A DNA stretch of 64,000 nt from Bacteroidota bacterium (GTDB lineage Bacteria > Bacteroidota > Bacteroidia > Bacteroidales > CAIXZF01). Below are positions 55,035 to 64,000 of this stretch, piece by piece. The stretch is taken from positions 90,654-154,653 of the forward strand of contig JAKLIX010000008.1 of assembly GCA_022709385.1 (NCBI GenBank). Direction: 5' to 3'. The notes beneath the pieces are model-generated. The model saw only the letters and a list, made by a program, of their open reading frames with translations. It was not told the DNA's origin and ran no database searches. The first letter of the stretch is position 1; the number at the start of each line of letters is the position of its first letter. A program made the position numbers and the translations under genes.

Positions 55035-55095
55035 CCCACACCCGCACCCTAAAACCCACTCCCTCACACCCACACACACACCCACACACACACCC
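55035..55095 (+). repeat. C-rich CA/CCC tract (eight C3 runs; G4 motif on the minus strand)
   Basis: CCC runs start at 55035, 55041, 55047, 55055, 55061, 55069, 55081 and 55093, between tRNA-Gly and tRNA-Thr. Confidence 0.6.
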
Positions 55096-55099
55096 ATTC

Positions 55100-55171
55100 G
55101 CCGATGTAGCTCAGGGGTAGAGCACTTCCTTGGTAAGGAAGGGGTCACGAGTTCAAATCTCGTCATTGGCT
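55100..55171 (+). tRNA. tRNA-Thr (anticodon GGT)
   Basis: Acceptor stem GCCGATG/CATTGGC, anticodon arm CTTCC-TTGGTAA-GGAAG, T-loop AGTTCAAATCT. Confidence 0.92.
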
Positions 55172-55218
55172 CAAAACAGTAAACAGGATCAAATAATTAC
55201 ATTTATAAACAAGGCAAT

Positions 55219-56406
55219 ATGGCAAAAGAAAAATTCGTTCGCAGCAAGCCGCACGTTAACGTAGGAACGATTGGTCACATCGACCACGGCAAAACCACCC
55301 TCACCGCAGCCATCACTCTGGTACTGGCCGACAAGGGACTTTCTGAATTCAGGTCATTCGATTCCATCGACAACGCACCCGAAGAAAAAGAAAGAGGTAT
55401 TACTATCAACACCGCTCACATCGAGTATCAGACAGAAAACAGGCACTATGCGCATGTGGACTGCCCCGGCCATGCCGACTATATTAAGAATATGGTTACC
55501 GGTGCCGCTCAGATGGATGGTGCTATCCTCGTTGTAGCTGCGACAGACGGCCCGATGCCCCAGACTCGTGAGCATATCCTCCTGGCTCGCCAGGTGGGTG
55601 TACCCAAACTCGTGGTATTCATGAACAAGGTCGACCTGGTGGATGACGAAGAATTACTCGACCTGGTAGAAATGGAAGTTCGTGAACTGCTTACCTTTTA
55701 CGGTTTCGACGGTGATTCTGCCCCGGTAATCCGCGGCTCTGCTCTCGGTGGACTGAACAAGGAACCCAAATGGGTCGAAAAAATCATGGAACTGATGGCA
55801 GCAGTGGATTCATACATCCCGCTCCCCATCCGCGATGTGGATAAGGACTTCCTGATGCCGGTTGAAGACGTCTTTTCAATCACAGGCCGTGGTACTGTTG
55901 CCACCGGAAGAATCGAAACCGGTGTGATCAACTCAGGCGACCCGGTGGAAATCATCGGTATGGGTGCAGAAAAACTGAAATCAGTGGTCACCGGTGTGGA
56001 AATGTTCCGCAAAATTCTCGATCGTGGAGAAGCAGGTGATAATACCGGTCTGCTGCTCAGGGGTATCGACAAAGACGAAATCCGCCGTGGGATGGTCATT
56101 GCCAAACCTGGTTCCATAAAACCGCACAAACATTTTAAAGCCGAGGTATACATCCTGAAGAAAGAAGAAGGTGGACGCCACACTCCTTTCCATAACAAGT
56201 ACCGTCCCCAGTTCTACTTCAGAACCACCGACGTTACCGGTGAAATCACCCTGCCTGCAGGCGTTGAAATGATCATGCCGGGAGATAACCTGACCATCGA
56301 AGTTAACCTGATTTCCGAAATCGCCATGAACCTCAACCTGCGCTTCGCCATCCGCGAAGGCGGCAGAACAGTCGGCGCAGGACAGGTGACCGAGATCCTG
56401 GATTAA
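55219..56406 (+). CDS. tuf: elongation factor Tu
   Basis: '[14 protein letters not shown]', 'DCPGHADY', 'NKVDLVDD'; 395 aa. Confidence 0.98.
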   Translation: MAKEKFVRSKPHVNVGTIGHIDHGKTTLTAAITLVLADKGLSEFRSFDSIDNAPEEKERGITINTAHIEYQTENRHYAHVDCPGHADYIKNMVTGAAQMDGAILVVAATDGPMPQTREHILLARQVGVPKLVVFMNKVDLVDDEELLDLVEMEVRELLTFYGFDGDSAPVIRGSALGGLNKEPKWVEKIMELMAAVDSYIPLPIRDVDKDFLMPVEDVFSITGRGTVATGRIETGVINSGDPVEIIGMGAEKLKSVVTGVEMFRKILDRGEAGDNTGLLLRGIDKDEIRRGMVIAKPGSIKPHKHFKAEVYILKKEEGGRHTPFHNKYRPQFYFRTTDVTGEITLPAGVEMIMPGDNLTIEVNLISEIAMNLNLRFAIREGGRTVGAGQVTEILD

Positions 56407-56484
56407 TCGCGGCTGAAATAATAAACTGTGAAAAAGGTGTCCCGAGCTACGGGATACCTTTCTCATCATAAATAACCCAAACGG

Positions 56485-56557
56485 ACGGGTGTAGCTCAAC
56501 TGGTAGAGTGGCGGTCTCCAAAACCGTAGGCTGTGGGTTCGATTCCTACCACCCGTG
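56485..56557 (+). tRNA. tRNA-Trp (anticodon CCA)
   Basis: Acceptor stem ACGGGTG/CACCCGT, anticodon loop CTCCAAA, T-loop GGTTCGATTCC. Confidence 0.9.
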
Positions 56558-56572
56558 CAAATATTAGATGCT

Positions 56573-56773
56573 ATGGCAGCTTTTCAGAAAGTCAAAGTGT
56601 ATGTAAAGGAAAGTTATGATGAACTCATGCATAAAGTTTCCTGGCCTACCTGGAGCGAATTACAAAGCAGTGCAATTGTAGTGTCCATTGCTTCCCTGAT
56701 AATCGCAATCATCGTTTATCTGATGGACCTCAGCTTCTCCTCACTGCTGACCGAATTCTACAACCTTTTTTAA
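56573..56773 (+). CDS. secE: preprotein translocase subunit SecE
   Basis: A small protein with a single C-terminal TM helix ('VVSIASLIIAIIVYLMDL') in the conserved tRNA-Trp/secE/nusG position. ATG at 56573 was chosen because the GTG at 56555 overlaps the tRNA. Confidence 0.85.
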   Translation: MAAFQKVKVYVKESYDELMHKVSWPTWSELQSSAIVVSIASLIIAIIVYLMDLSFSSLLTEFYNLF

Positions 56774-56838
56774 TGGTTGGGCTTTCATAGTTCTGATATT
56801 GTTGTTTGATATATTCACCTACTCGGGGGTCACGCAGT

Positions 56839-57384
56839 ATGAGCGATCAGCAAATTAAAAAATGGTATGTGATCCGGGCAATCAGCGGGAACGAAAAAAA
56901 GGTAAAACAATACCTCGATAATGAAATTGCCCGTCTGAACCTTAAGGATTTCATCTCGCAAGTACTCATCCCTACTGAAAAAGTCTACCAGATCAGAAAC
57001 GGTAAGAAAGTCAGCAAGGAAAAAAACTTCTTTCCAGGCTACGTGCTTATCGAAGCTGTTCTGACGGGCGAAATCCCTCACATCATCAAGAATATCCCGG
57101 GCGTGCTGGGATTTCTCGGTAACAAAGGGGAACCACACCCGCTCAGACCTTCAGAAGTGAACCGTATCCTCGGGAAAGTGGATGAACTGGCCGAACGCGG
57201 CGAAGAAATGGCAGTCCCTTTCATTGTCGGGGAAACCGTGACAGTGATCGACGGACCCTTCAACAGTTTCAGCGGCGTGATTGAGGAAATCAACGAAGAG
57301 AAAAAGAAACTGAAAGTGATGGTCAAAATCTTCGGCCGGAAAACCCCTCTGGAATTGGGCTTTATGCAGGTTTCAAAGGAGTAG
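56839..57384 (+). CDS. nusG: transcription termination/antitermination factor NusG
   Basis: '[16 protein letters not shown]' (NGN domain) and the KOW motif '[20 protein letters not shown]'. Start at ATG 56839. Confidence 0.93.
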   Translation: MSDQQIKKWYVIRAISGNEKKVKQYLDNEIARLNLKDFISQVLIPTEKVYQIRNGKKVSKEKNFFPGYVLIEAVLTGEIPHIIKNIPGVLGFLGNKGEPHPLRPSEVNRILGKVDELAERGEEMAVPFIVGETVTVIDGPFNSFSGVIEEINEEKKKLKVMVKIFGRKTPLELGFMQVSKE

Positions 57385-57445
57385 GGAAAGCCAGCGCAAT
57401 TAAACAACACAACATGATCACCTTAACGCAAATATTTACTAAACA

Positions 57446-57892
57446 ATGGCAAAAGAAGTTGCTGGATTGATCAAACTGCAGATCAAAGGTGGTGCAGCCA
57501 ATCCATCTCCTCCTGTTGGCCCCGCTCTCGGTGCCAAAGGGGTGAACATCATGGAGTTTTGTAAACAGTTCAATGCCCGTACCCAAGACCAGGCAGGAAA
57601 ACTGATCCCTGTGATCATCACTGTTTACAGAGACAAGTCTTTTGAGTTTATTATCAAAAGTCCCCCCGTGGCTGTTCAATTGATGGAAGCTGCCAATTTA
57701 CAGAAAGGTTCCCCGGAACCCAACCGTAACAAGGTGGGATCGGTGAGCTGGGACCAGGTGAAAAGCATCGCGGAAGTGAAAATGAACGACCTGAATTGCT
57801 TTACCCTGGAATCAGCCATGAAAATGGTAGCCGGTACTGCCCGAAGCATGGGTATCACGGTCGCAGGAACTCCACCCTTCTCCGGCGATTAA
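57446..57892 (+). CDS. rplK: 50S ribosomal protein L11
   Basis: '[35 protein letters not shown]'. Confidence 0.97.
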   Translation: MAKEVAGLIKLQIKGGAANPSPPVGPALGAKGVNIMEFCKQFNARTQDQAGKLIPVIITVYRDKSFEFIIKSPPVAVQLMEAANLQKGSPEPNRNKVGSVSWDQVKSIAEVKMNDLNCFTLESAMKMVAGTARSMGITVAGTPPFSGD

Positions 57893-57948
57893 TAATTATC
57901 ATGCGTGATTATTAATCCTTTGTCCCAATTCCTTAAAAATATAAGGCA

Positions 57949-58638
57949 ATGGCAAAAATAACAAAGAAAAGAAAAGAAGTTTTGGCTAAATACGACAGAA
58001 ACCTTGCTTACGGATTAAACGAAGCGGTGAAAATCGTAAAACAGATTACCACGACCAAATTCGATGCTTCGGTCGATCTGGACGTCAGACTGGGCGTTGA
58101 CCCCAGGAAGGCCAACCAGATGGTCCGCGGTACGGTTACCCTTCCCCACGGTACAGGGAAAACCATCAGGGTACTGGTGCTGTGTACTCCCGACAAGGAG
58201 GATGAAGCCAAAGCTGCCGGAGCAGATCATGTCGGGCTCGACGACTATGTACAGAAAATCAAAGATGGCTGGACAGATATCGATGTGGTCATTACCACAC
58301 CGAATGTGATGCCAAAAGTAGGAGCTCTTGGTAAGATATTGGGTCCCAGGGGTTTGATGCCAAATCCCAAGACCGGTACCGTTACCATGGAAGTGGGTAA
58401 AGCCGTGCAGGAGGTAAAAGCCGGTAAAATCGATTTCAAGGTTGACAAATACGGTATCGTGCATACTTCAGTTGCAAAAGTCTCTTTTACCGACGATAAA
58501 ATCGTTGAAAATGCAAAGGAAGTGCTGCAGACCATCGTCAAACTGAAACCGTCCGCTGCCAAAGGCACCTACATTAAAAGCATCTTTGTTTCAAGTACGA
58601 TGAGCCCCGGAGTTCGTGTAGAACAAAAATCAATTTAA
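57949..58638 (+). CDS. rplA: 50S ribosomal protein L1
   Basis: '[34 protein letters not shown]'. Confidence 0.97.
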   Translation: MAKITKKRKEVLAKYDRNLAYGLNEAVKIVKQITTTKFDASVDLDVRLGVDPRKANQMVRGTVTLPHGTGKTIRVLVLCTPDKEDEAKAAGADHVGLDDYVQKIKDGWTDIDVVITTPNVMPKVGALGKILGPRGLMPNPKTGTVTMEVGKAVQEVKAGKIDFKVDKYGIVHTSVAKVSFTDDKIVENAKEVLQTIVKLKPSAAKGTYIKSIFVSSTMSPGVRVEQKSI

Positions 58639-58677
58639 TTGTAAACGAACCCTCACAGGTGAACAGCAAATACGGAT

Positions 58678-59199
58678 ATGAAAAAAGAAGAAAAAGACCA
58701 ATTCATTGCTGACCTCACAGAACAACTGAACAATACCAATTACCTGTACCTCACCGATATTTCGGATTTGAATGTGGAAAACACAGGTAAGTTGCGCAGG
58801 TTGTGCTTCAAAAGGTCGGTACGACTGCAGGTTGTGAAAAACACCCTGCTCCGTAAAGCTATGGAAAGAGCTGACAGGGATTTTGAAGGCCTTTACGGTG
58901 CGCTTAAAGGCGCTACTTCCATCATGATCGCTGAACAGGGCAACCTGCCGGCAAAACTGATCAGGGAATTCCGTAAAACCAGCCCCAAACCCCTGCTCAA
59001 AGGTGCATATATCGAAGAAATGTGCTACGTGGGCGACGACCAGCTCGATAACCTGATCAATATCAAGTCGAAAAATGAACTCATCGCCGACCTGGTATTC
59101 CTCCTCCAGTCACCTGCCCGTAATGTCATCTCGGCATTGCAGTCAGGCGGACATACGCTTTCCGGTGTTCTGAAAACATTATCGGAAAAACCTGAATAA
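58678..59199 (+). CDS. rplJ: 50S ribosomal protein L10
   Basis: Conserved position between rplA and rplL, with an L10-like sequence ('LRRLCFKRSVRLQVVKNTLLRKA'). Confidence 0.93.
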   Translation: MKKEEKDQFIADLTEQLNNTNYLYLTDISDLNVENTGKLRRLCFKRSVRLQVVKNTLLRKAMERADRDFEGLYGALKGATSIMIAEQGNLPAKLIREFRKTSPKPLLKGAYIEEMCYVGDDQLDNLINIKSKNELIADLVFLLQSPARNVISALQSGGHTLSGVLKTLSEKPE

Positions 59200-59243
59200 A
59201 CATTCATAAAAAAATCATTTCAAATCTATAAAACTTAAACAAA

Positions 59244-59633
59244 ATGGCAGACTTACAAGCATTAGCAGAACAAATGGTGAACCTCACAGTAAAAGAGGTT
59301 AACGAACTTGCTAAGATTCTGAAAGACCAATACGGTATCGAACCTGCCGCCGCAGCCCCCGCAATGATGGTTGCCGCCGGCCCTGCCGCAGGTGGCGGAG
59401 CAGAAGTTGCTGAAGAAGTGCAGACTCAATTCGATGTCATCCTTAAACATGCCGGCCAGGCTAAACTCGCAGTGGTGAAACTGGTGAAAGAACTTACCAG
59501 TCTCGGACTCAAAGAAGCAAAAGAACTCGTAGATGCTGCCCCAAAAGCCATCAAGGAAGGAGTGACCAAAGACGAAGCCGACGCATTAAAAAGACAACTC
59601 GAAGAAGCTGGAGCAGAAGTTGAAGTTAAATAG
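59244..59633 (+). CDS. rplL: 50S ribosomal protein L7/L12
   Basis: An Ala/Pro hinge followed by '[24 protein letters not shown]...EAGAEVEVK'. Confidence 0.97.
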   Translation: MADLQALAEQMVNLTVKEVNELAKILKDQYGIEPAAAAPAMMVAAGPAAGGGAEVAEEVQTQFDVILKHAGQAKLAVVKLVKELTSLGLKEAKELVDAAPKAIKEGVTKDEADALKRQLEEAGAEVEVK

Positions 59634-59663
59634 CAGCTTTCCCGCTTGATACCAATAAGTTAT

Positions 59664-59692
59664 AGACTTCAACCCGCAAGGGGTTGAAGTCT
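59664..59692 (+). terminator. rplL-rpoB intergenic hairpin (attenuator/terminator)
   Basis: A 12-bp stem AGACTTCAACCC/GGGTTGAAGTCT, followed by the T-rich 'GTAGCTTATTTCGTTTTT'. Confidence 0.6.
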
Positions 59693-59768
59693 GTAGCTTA
59701 TTTCGTTTTTAAGATAAAACACCCATATATACCCTATCCATTTCGCTAACGTCTTAAAAACCCTGGCT

Positions 59769-62700
59769 TTGAATAATACCGACAGAATCAGTTTCGCGAA
59801 AACAAAAATACGGGCCGATTATCCCGACTTTCTTGATGTTCAGGTCAAATCCTTCCAGGATTTCTTCCAGCTTGAAACCAATCCCGAAGACCGAATAAAT
59901 GAAGGCCTTTATAAAGTGTTCGCCGAAAATTTCCCCATCACCGATGCAAGGGGAAACTTCGTACTGGAATTTAAAGACTATTTCATCGATCCCCCCAGGT
60001 ATACCATCGATGAGTGCATCGAAAGGGGCCTTACTTACAGCGTGCCCCTGAAAGCCAAACTGAAACTCTATTGTACCGACCCTGAACACGAAGACTTCGA
60101 AACCATCATTCAGGATGTCTACCTGGGTATGATCCCCTACATGACACCCAAAGGAACTTTTATTATCAACGGTGCGGAAAGAGTCGTGGTGTCTCAGCTG
60201 CACCGCTCACCCGGTGTGTTCTTCGGTACAAGCCGACATGCCAACGGCAGCCAGCTGTACTCGGCCAGGATCATCCCCTTCAAAGGCTCCTGGATGGAAT
60301 TTACCACCGACATCAATAATGTCATGTATGCCTATATCGACCGCAAGAAAAAACTGCCGGTCACTACCCTGCTCCGAGCCATCGGCTTCGAGAACGATAA
60401 AGACATACTCGATATCTTTGACCTGTCTGAAGAAATTAAAGTCAATAAAACTGCCCTGAAAAAAGTGACGGGCCGTAAACTCGCAGCCCGCGTCCTCAGA
60501 TCATGGATAGAAGATTTCGTTGACGAAGATACCGGAGAAGTCGTCTCCATCAGTCGTACCGAAGTGATCATCGACAGGGAAACCATACTCGAAAACAAAC
60601 ATATCGACCTGATCGTGGATTCCGGTGTCAAGTCCATCCTCCTGCACAAGGAAGAAAGCTCGAAACTGGATTACTCCATCATCTTCAATACCCTTCAGAA
60701 AGATACCGCAAACTCGGAAAAAGAAGCAGTGGAGTTCATCTACCGCCAACTCAGAAATGCCGAACCACCGGATGAAGAAACCGCAAGGGGTATCATCGAA
60801 AAATTGTTCTTCTCCGATAAGCGATACGACCTGGGCGATGTGGGAAGATACCGTATCAATAAAAAACTGGAAATTGATATTTCGCTCGATATCAGAGTAT
60901 TGACTAAAGAAGATATCATCTCAATCATCAAATACCTCATCGAACTGGTGAACTCTCAGGCCGAAGTCGACGACATCGACCACCTGAGCAACCGCCGCGT
61001 CAGAACCGTGGGCGAACAACTTTACAGCCAGTTCGGTGTCGGCCTCGCACGTATGGCAAGAACCATCAGGGAAAGAATGAATGTGCGTGACAACGAGGTG
61101 TTTACACCCATGGATCTGATCAATGCCAAGACACTGAGCTCAGTCATCAATTCCTTCTTCGGGACCAATCAGCTCAGCCAGTTCATGGACCAGACCAACC
61201 CCCTGGCAGAACTTACCCACAAAAGAAGGGTCTCCGCCCTTGGACCCGGAGGCCTCTCAAGGGAAAGAGCAGGTTTCGAAGTCCGTGACGTACATTACAC
61301 CCACTATGGCAGGCTCTGTACCATTGAAACCCCGGAAGGTCCCAATATCGGTCTGATCTCCTCCCTCTGCGTCTATGCCAAGATCAACAAACTCGGATTC
61401 ATCGAAACTCCCTACAAAAAAGTTGTCAATGGCAATGTGCTCATCCAGGATCCACCGGTGTACCTGAGCGCCGAAGAGGAAGAAAAAAAGATTATCGCCC
61501 AGGCCTCTACTGAACTGAAGGAAGATGGCCAAATCGACCTGGAAAAAGTGAAAGTCAGATACCTGGCCGATTACCCCATCGTGGAAAAAGAGAAAGTCGA
61601 CCTGATCGACATCGCTCCCAATCAGATCGCTTCGATTGCTGCTTCCCTCATTCCATTCCTCGAACACGACGATGCCAACCGTGCCCTGATGGGCTCGAAC
61701 ATGATGCGCCAGGCCGTACCCCTGCTGAACCTGGAGGCACCCCTGGTGGGAACCGGCATCGAAAAACAGGTGGCCCAGGATTCCCGCGTACTGCTCAATG
61801 CGGAAGGAAACGGAACTGTGGTGTATGTGGATGCCAACGAGATCCATATCAAATACAACCGCAGCGAAAACGAAAAACTGGTCAGCTTCGACGATGACCT
61901 GAAAATTCATAACCTGACCAAATTCATGCGGACGAACCAGAATACCTGCGTGAATATGCGTCCGCTGGTGAAAAAAGGCCAGCAGGTTGAAAAAGGCCAG
62001 GTACTGGTGGAAGGTTATGCCACCAAAAACGGTGACCTCGCCCTCGGCCGAAACCTCATGGTTGCCTTCATGCCCTGGAAAGGGTATAACTTCGAAGACG
62101 CCATCGTCATCTCGGAACGCATTGTCAGGGAGGATATCTTCACCTCGGTACATATCGAGGAATTTGTCATGGAAGTGCGTGACACAAAAAGAGGCATCGA
62201 AGAACTCACCAACGACATCCCAAATGTGAGCGCCGATGCTACCAAGGACCTGGATGAAAACGGACTGATCAGAATTGGCGCTGAAGTTAACGAAGGAGAT
62301 ATCCTCATCGGAAAAATCACCCCGAAAGGAGAAAGCGACCCGACCCCGGAAGAAAAACTGCTTCGCGCTATCTTCGGTGATAAGGCAGGCGATGTGAAAG
62401 ACGCCTCCATGAAAGCGCCCCCGTCCATGAAGGGCGTGGTGATCGATAAAAAACTCTTTTCACGCATCATCAAGGATAAAAAAGCCAAAACCAAGGAAAA
62501 AGACATCCTGAAAAAACTGGACGATGATTTCGAAAAAGAAGCCGAAAAGCTGAAATCGAAACTGATCGACAAACTGATGGTGCTGCTCAATGGCCAGGTG
62601 TCGCAGGGAATAGTGAACAACTTCAAGGAAACCCTGATCCCGAAGAAAACCAGATTCACGGCCAAACTGCTTGCCGGCATTGACTACCAGAGTGTAAATC

Positions 62701-63572
62701 CGAACAAATGGACCTCCGATAAAGAGGCAAACATCCTGATCAGCTCGCTGATCAACAATTATGTGATCAAATACAAAGAAATCCTTGGCGTATACAACAG
62801 AGATAAGTTCGTGACCATGGTGGGCGACGAATTACCCAATGGTATCGTCCAGATGGCCAAGGTTTATGTAGCGAAGAAACGCAAACTGAAGGTGGGCGAC
62901 AAAATGGCCGGACGCCACGGAAATAAAGGCATCGTGGCCAGGATCGTCAGGGATGAGGATATGCCTTTCCTGGATGACGGAACCCCGGTCGATATCGTAC
63001 TGAACCCCCTGGGAGTGCCCTCCCGTATGAACCTCGGCCAGATCTATGAAACCGTGCTCGGGTGGGCTGCCCATAAACTCGGACTCACCTTCTCCACCCC
63101 CATCTTCGACGGAGCCTCGCTTGAAACCATCAACGACCTGATGCGGAAAGCCGGACTCCCTGAAAATGGCGTCACTTACCTGCACGACGGACTCACAGGA
63201 GAGAAATTCCACCAGCCGGCCACCGTCGGATTCATCTACATGATGAAACTGCATCACCTGGTCGACGATAAAATGCACGCCAGATCCATCGGTCCATACT
63301 CCCTCATCACCCAGCAGCCCCTCGGCGGTAAAGCCCAGTTCGGAGGACAGCGCTTTGGTGAAATGGAAGTCTGGGCACTCGAAGCCTTCGGCGCTGCCAA
63401 TATCCTCCAGGAAATCCTCACCGTGAAATCGGATGATGTGGTGGGACGCGCCAAAGCCTATGAAGCCATCGTCAAAGGAGATAATATGCCCATCCCCGGC
63501 ATACCGGAATCATTCAACGTGCTTGTCCATGAACTCAGAGGACTGGGATTGAATGTTACCTTTGAAAGATAG
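59769..63572 (+). CDS. rpoB: DNA-directed RNA polymerase beta subunit
   Basis: 1267 aa, with '[17 protein letters not shown]' and '[15 protein letters not shown]'. The listed TTG start is uncertain. Confidence 0.97.
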   Translation: MNNTDRISFAKTKIRADYPDFLDVQVKSFQDFFQLETNPEDRINEGLYKVFAENFPITDARGNFVLEFKDYFIDPPRYTIDECIERGLTYSVPLKAKLKLYCTDPEHEDFETIIQDVYLGMIPYMTPKGTFIINGAERVVVSQLHRSPGVFFGTSRHANGSQLYSARIIPFKGSWMEFTTDINNVMYAYIDRKKKLPVTTLLRAIGFENDKDILDIFDLSEEIKVNKTALKKVTGRKLAARVLRSWIEDFVDEDTGEVVSISRTEVIIDRETILENKHIDLIVDSGVKSILLHKEESSKLDYSIIFNTLQKDTANSEKEAVEFIYRQLRNAEPPDEETARGIIEKLFFSDKRYDLGDVGRYRINKKLEIDISLDIRVLTKEDIISIIKYLIELVNSQAEVDDIDHLSNRRVRTVGEQLYSQFGVGLARMARTIRERMNVRDNEVFTPMDLINAKTLSSVINSFFGTNQLSQFMDQTNPLAELTHKRRVSALGPGGLSRERAGFEVRDVHYTHYGRLCTIETPEGPNIGLISSLCVYAKINKLGFIETPYKKVVNGNVLIQDPPVYLSAEEEEKKIIAQASTELKEDGQIDLEKVKVRYLADYPIVEKEKVDLIDIAPNQIASIAASLIPFLEHDDANRALMGSNMMRQAVPLLNLEAPLVGTGIEKQVAQDSRVLLNAEGNGTVVYVDANEIHIKYNRSENEKLVSFDDDLKIHNLTKFMRTNQNTCVNMRPLVKKGQQVEKGQVLVEGYATKNGDLALGRNLMVAFMPWKGYNFEDAIVISERIVREDIFTSVHIEEFVMEVRDTKRGIEELTNDIPNVSADATKDLDENGLIRIGAEVNEGDILIGKITPKGESDPTPEEKLLRAIFGDKAGDVKDASMKAPPSMKGVVIDKKLFSRIIKDKKAKTKEKDILKKLDDDFEKEAEKLKSKLIDKLMVLLNGQVSQGIVNNFKETLIPKKTRFTAKLLAGIDYQSVNPNKWTSDKEANILISSLINNYVIKYKEILGVYNRDKFVTMVGDELPNGIVQMAKVYVAKKRKLKVGDKMAGRHGNKGIVARIVRDEDMPFLDDGTPVDIVLNPLGVPSRMNLGQIYETVLGWAAHKLGLTFSTPIFDGASLETINDLMRKAGLPENGVTYLHDGLTGEKFHQPATVGFIYMMKLHHLVDDKMHARSIGPYSLITQQPLGGKAQFGGQRFGEMEVWALEAFGAANILQEILTVKSDDVVGRAKAYEAIVKGDNMPIPGIPESFNVLVHELRGLGLNVTFER

Positions 63573-63591
63573 TGTTTTAACTTATTGATAA

Positions 63592-64000
<409 letters not shown>

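Noticed and set aside
54963-55182. Two small ORFs (67 aa on the minus strand, 61 aa on the plus strand) with 'HPHPHPKTHSLTPTHTPTHTP'-type sequence
   Set aside because: They are read through tRNA-Gly, tRNA-Thr and the CA/CCC low-complexity spacer. They are translation artefacts.
61257-62680. 298-aa and 221-aa minus-strand ORFs
   Set aside because: Both lie inside rpoB, whose + strand reading is unambiguous.

Overview
This window looks like a Bacteroidota chromosome segment. The evidence is T9SS C-terminal sorting domains, SprB repeats, TAnnTTTG promoter boxes, and the gene order rpsU-xerC-hpf-tRNAs-tuf-tRNA-secE-nusG-rplKAJL-rpoBC. All calls come from reading the sequence and ORF translations by eye; no database search was run.

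The window has three parts.

(1) nt 1-18351 is a defence island of ten genes, all on the + strand. It ends next to the 3' end of a tRNA-Val(GAC) gene. It contains:
- a truncated SF2 helicase;
- an AbiL-like AAA_21 ATPase + RloB pair;
- a translationally coupled five-gene cassette (DUF499 ATPase, DUF3780-like protein, DUF1156 DPPY methyltransferase, Schlafen/AlbA_2-HATPase-wHTH protein, PLD-nuclease/SNF2-helicase fusion);
- an AT-rich pair (unknown N-domain + DUF3883-type nuclease, then a DUF262/DUF1524 GmrSD-type enzyme).

The five-gene cassette, possibly extended by the last two genes, is my best candidate for a poorly characterised or undescribed methylation-linked defence system.

(2) nt 18.6-53 kb contains:
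- tRNA-Val plus two tandem truncated tRNA-like copies;
- secreted and T9SS proteins that share a dockerin-like tail;
- DPP-IV;
- an RND efflux operon;
- an acyl-CoA cluster (crotonase, HBD, thiolase, NMO, ACAD, IcmF, and a butyrate-kinase-like gene with a degenerate ATP motif);
- a 2846-aa SprB-repeat surface protein.

(3) nt 53-64 kb is the conserved translation/transcription core.
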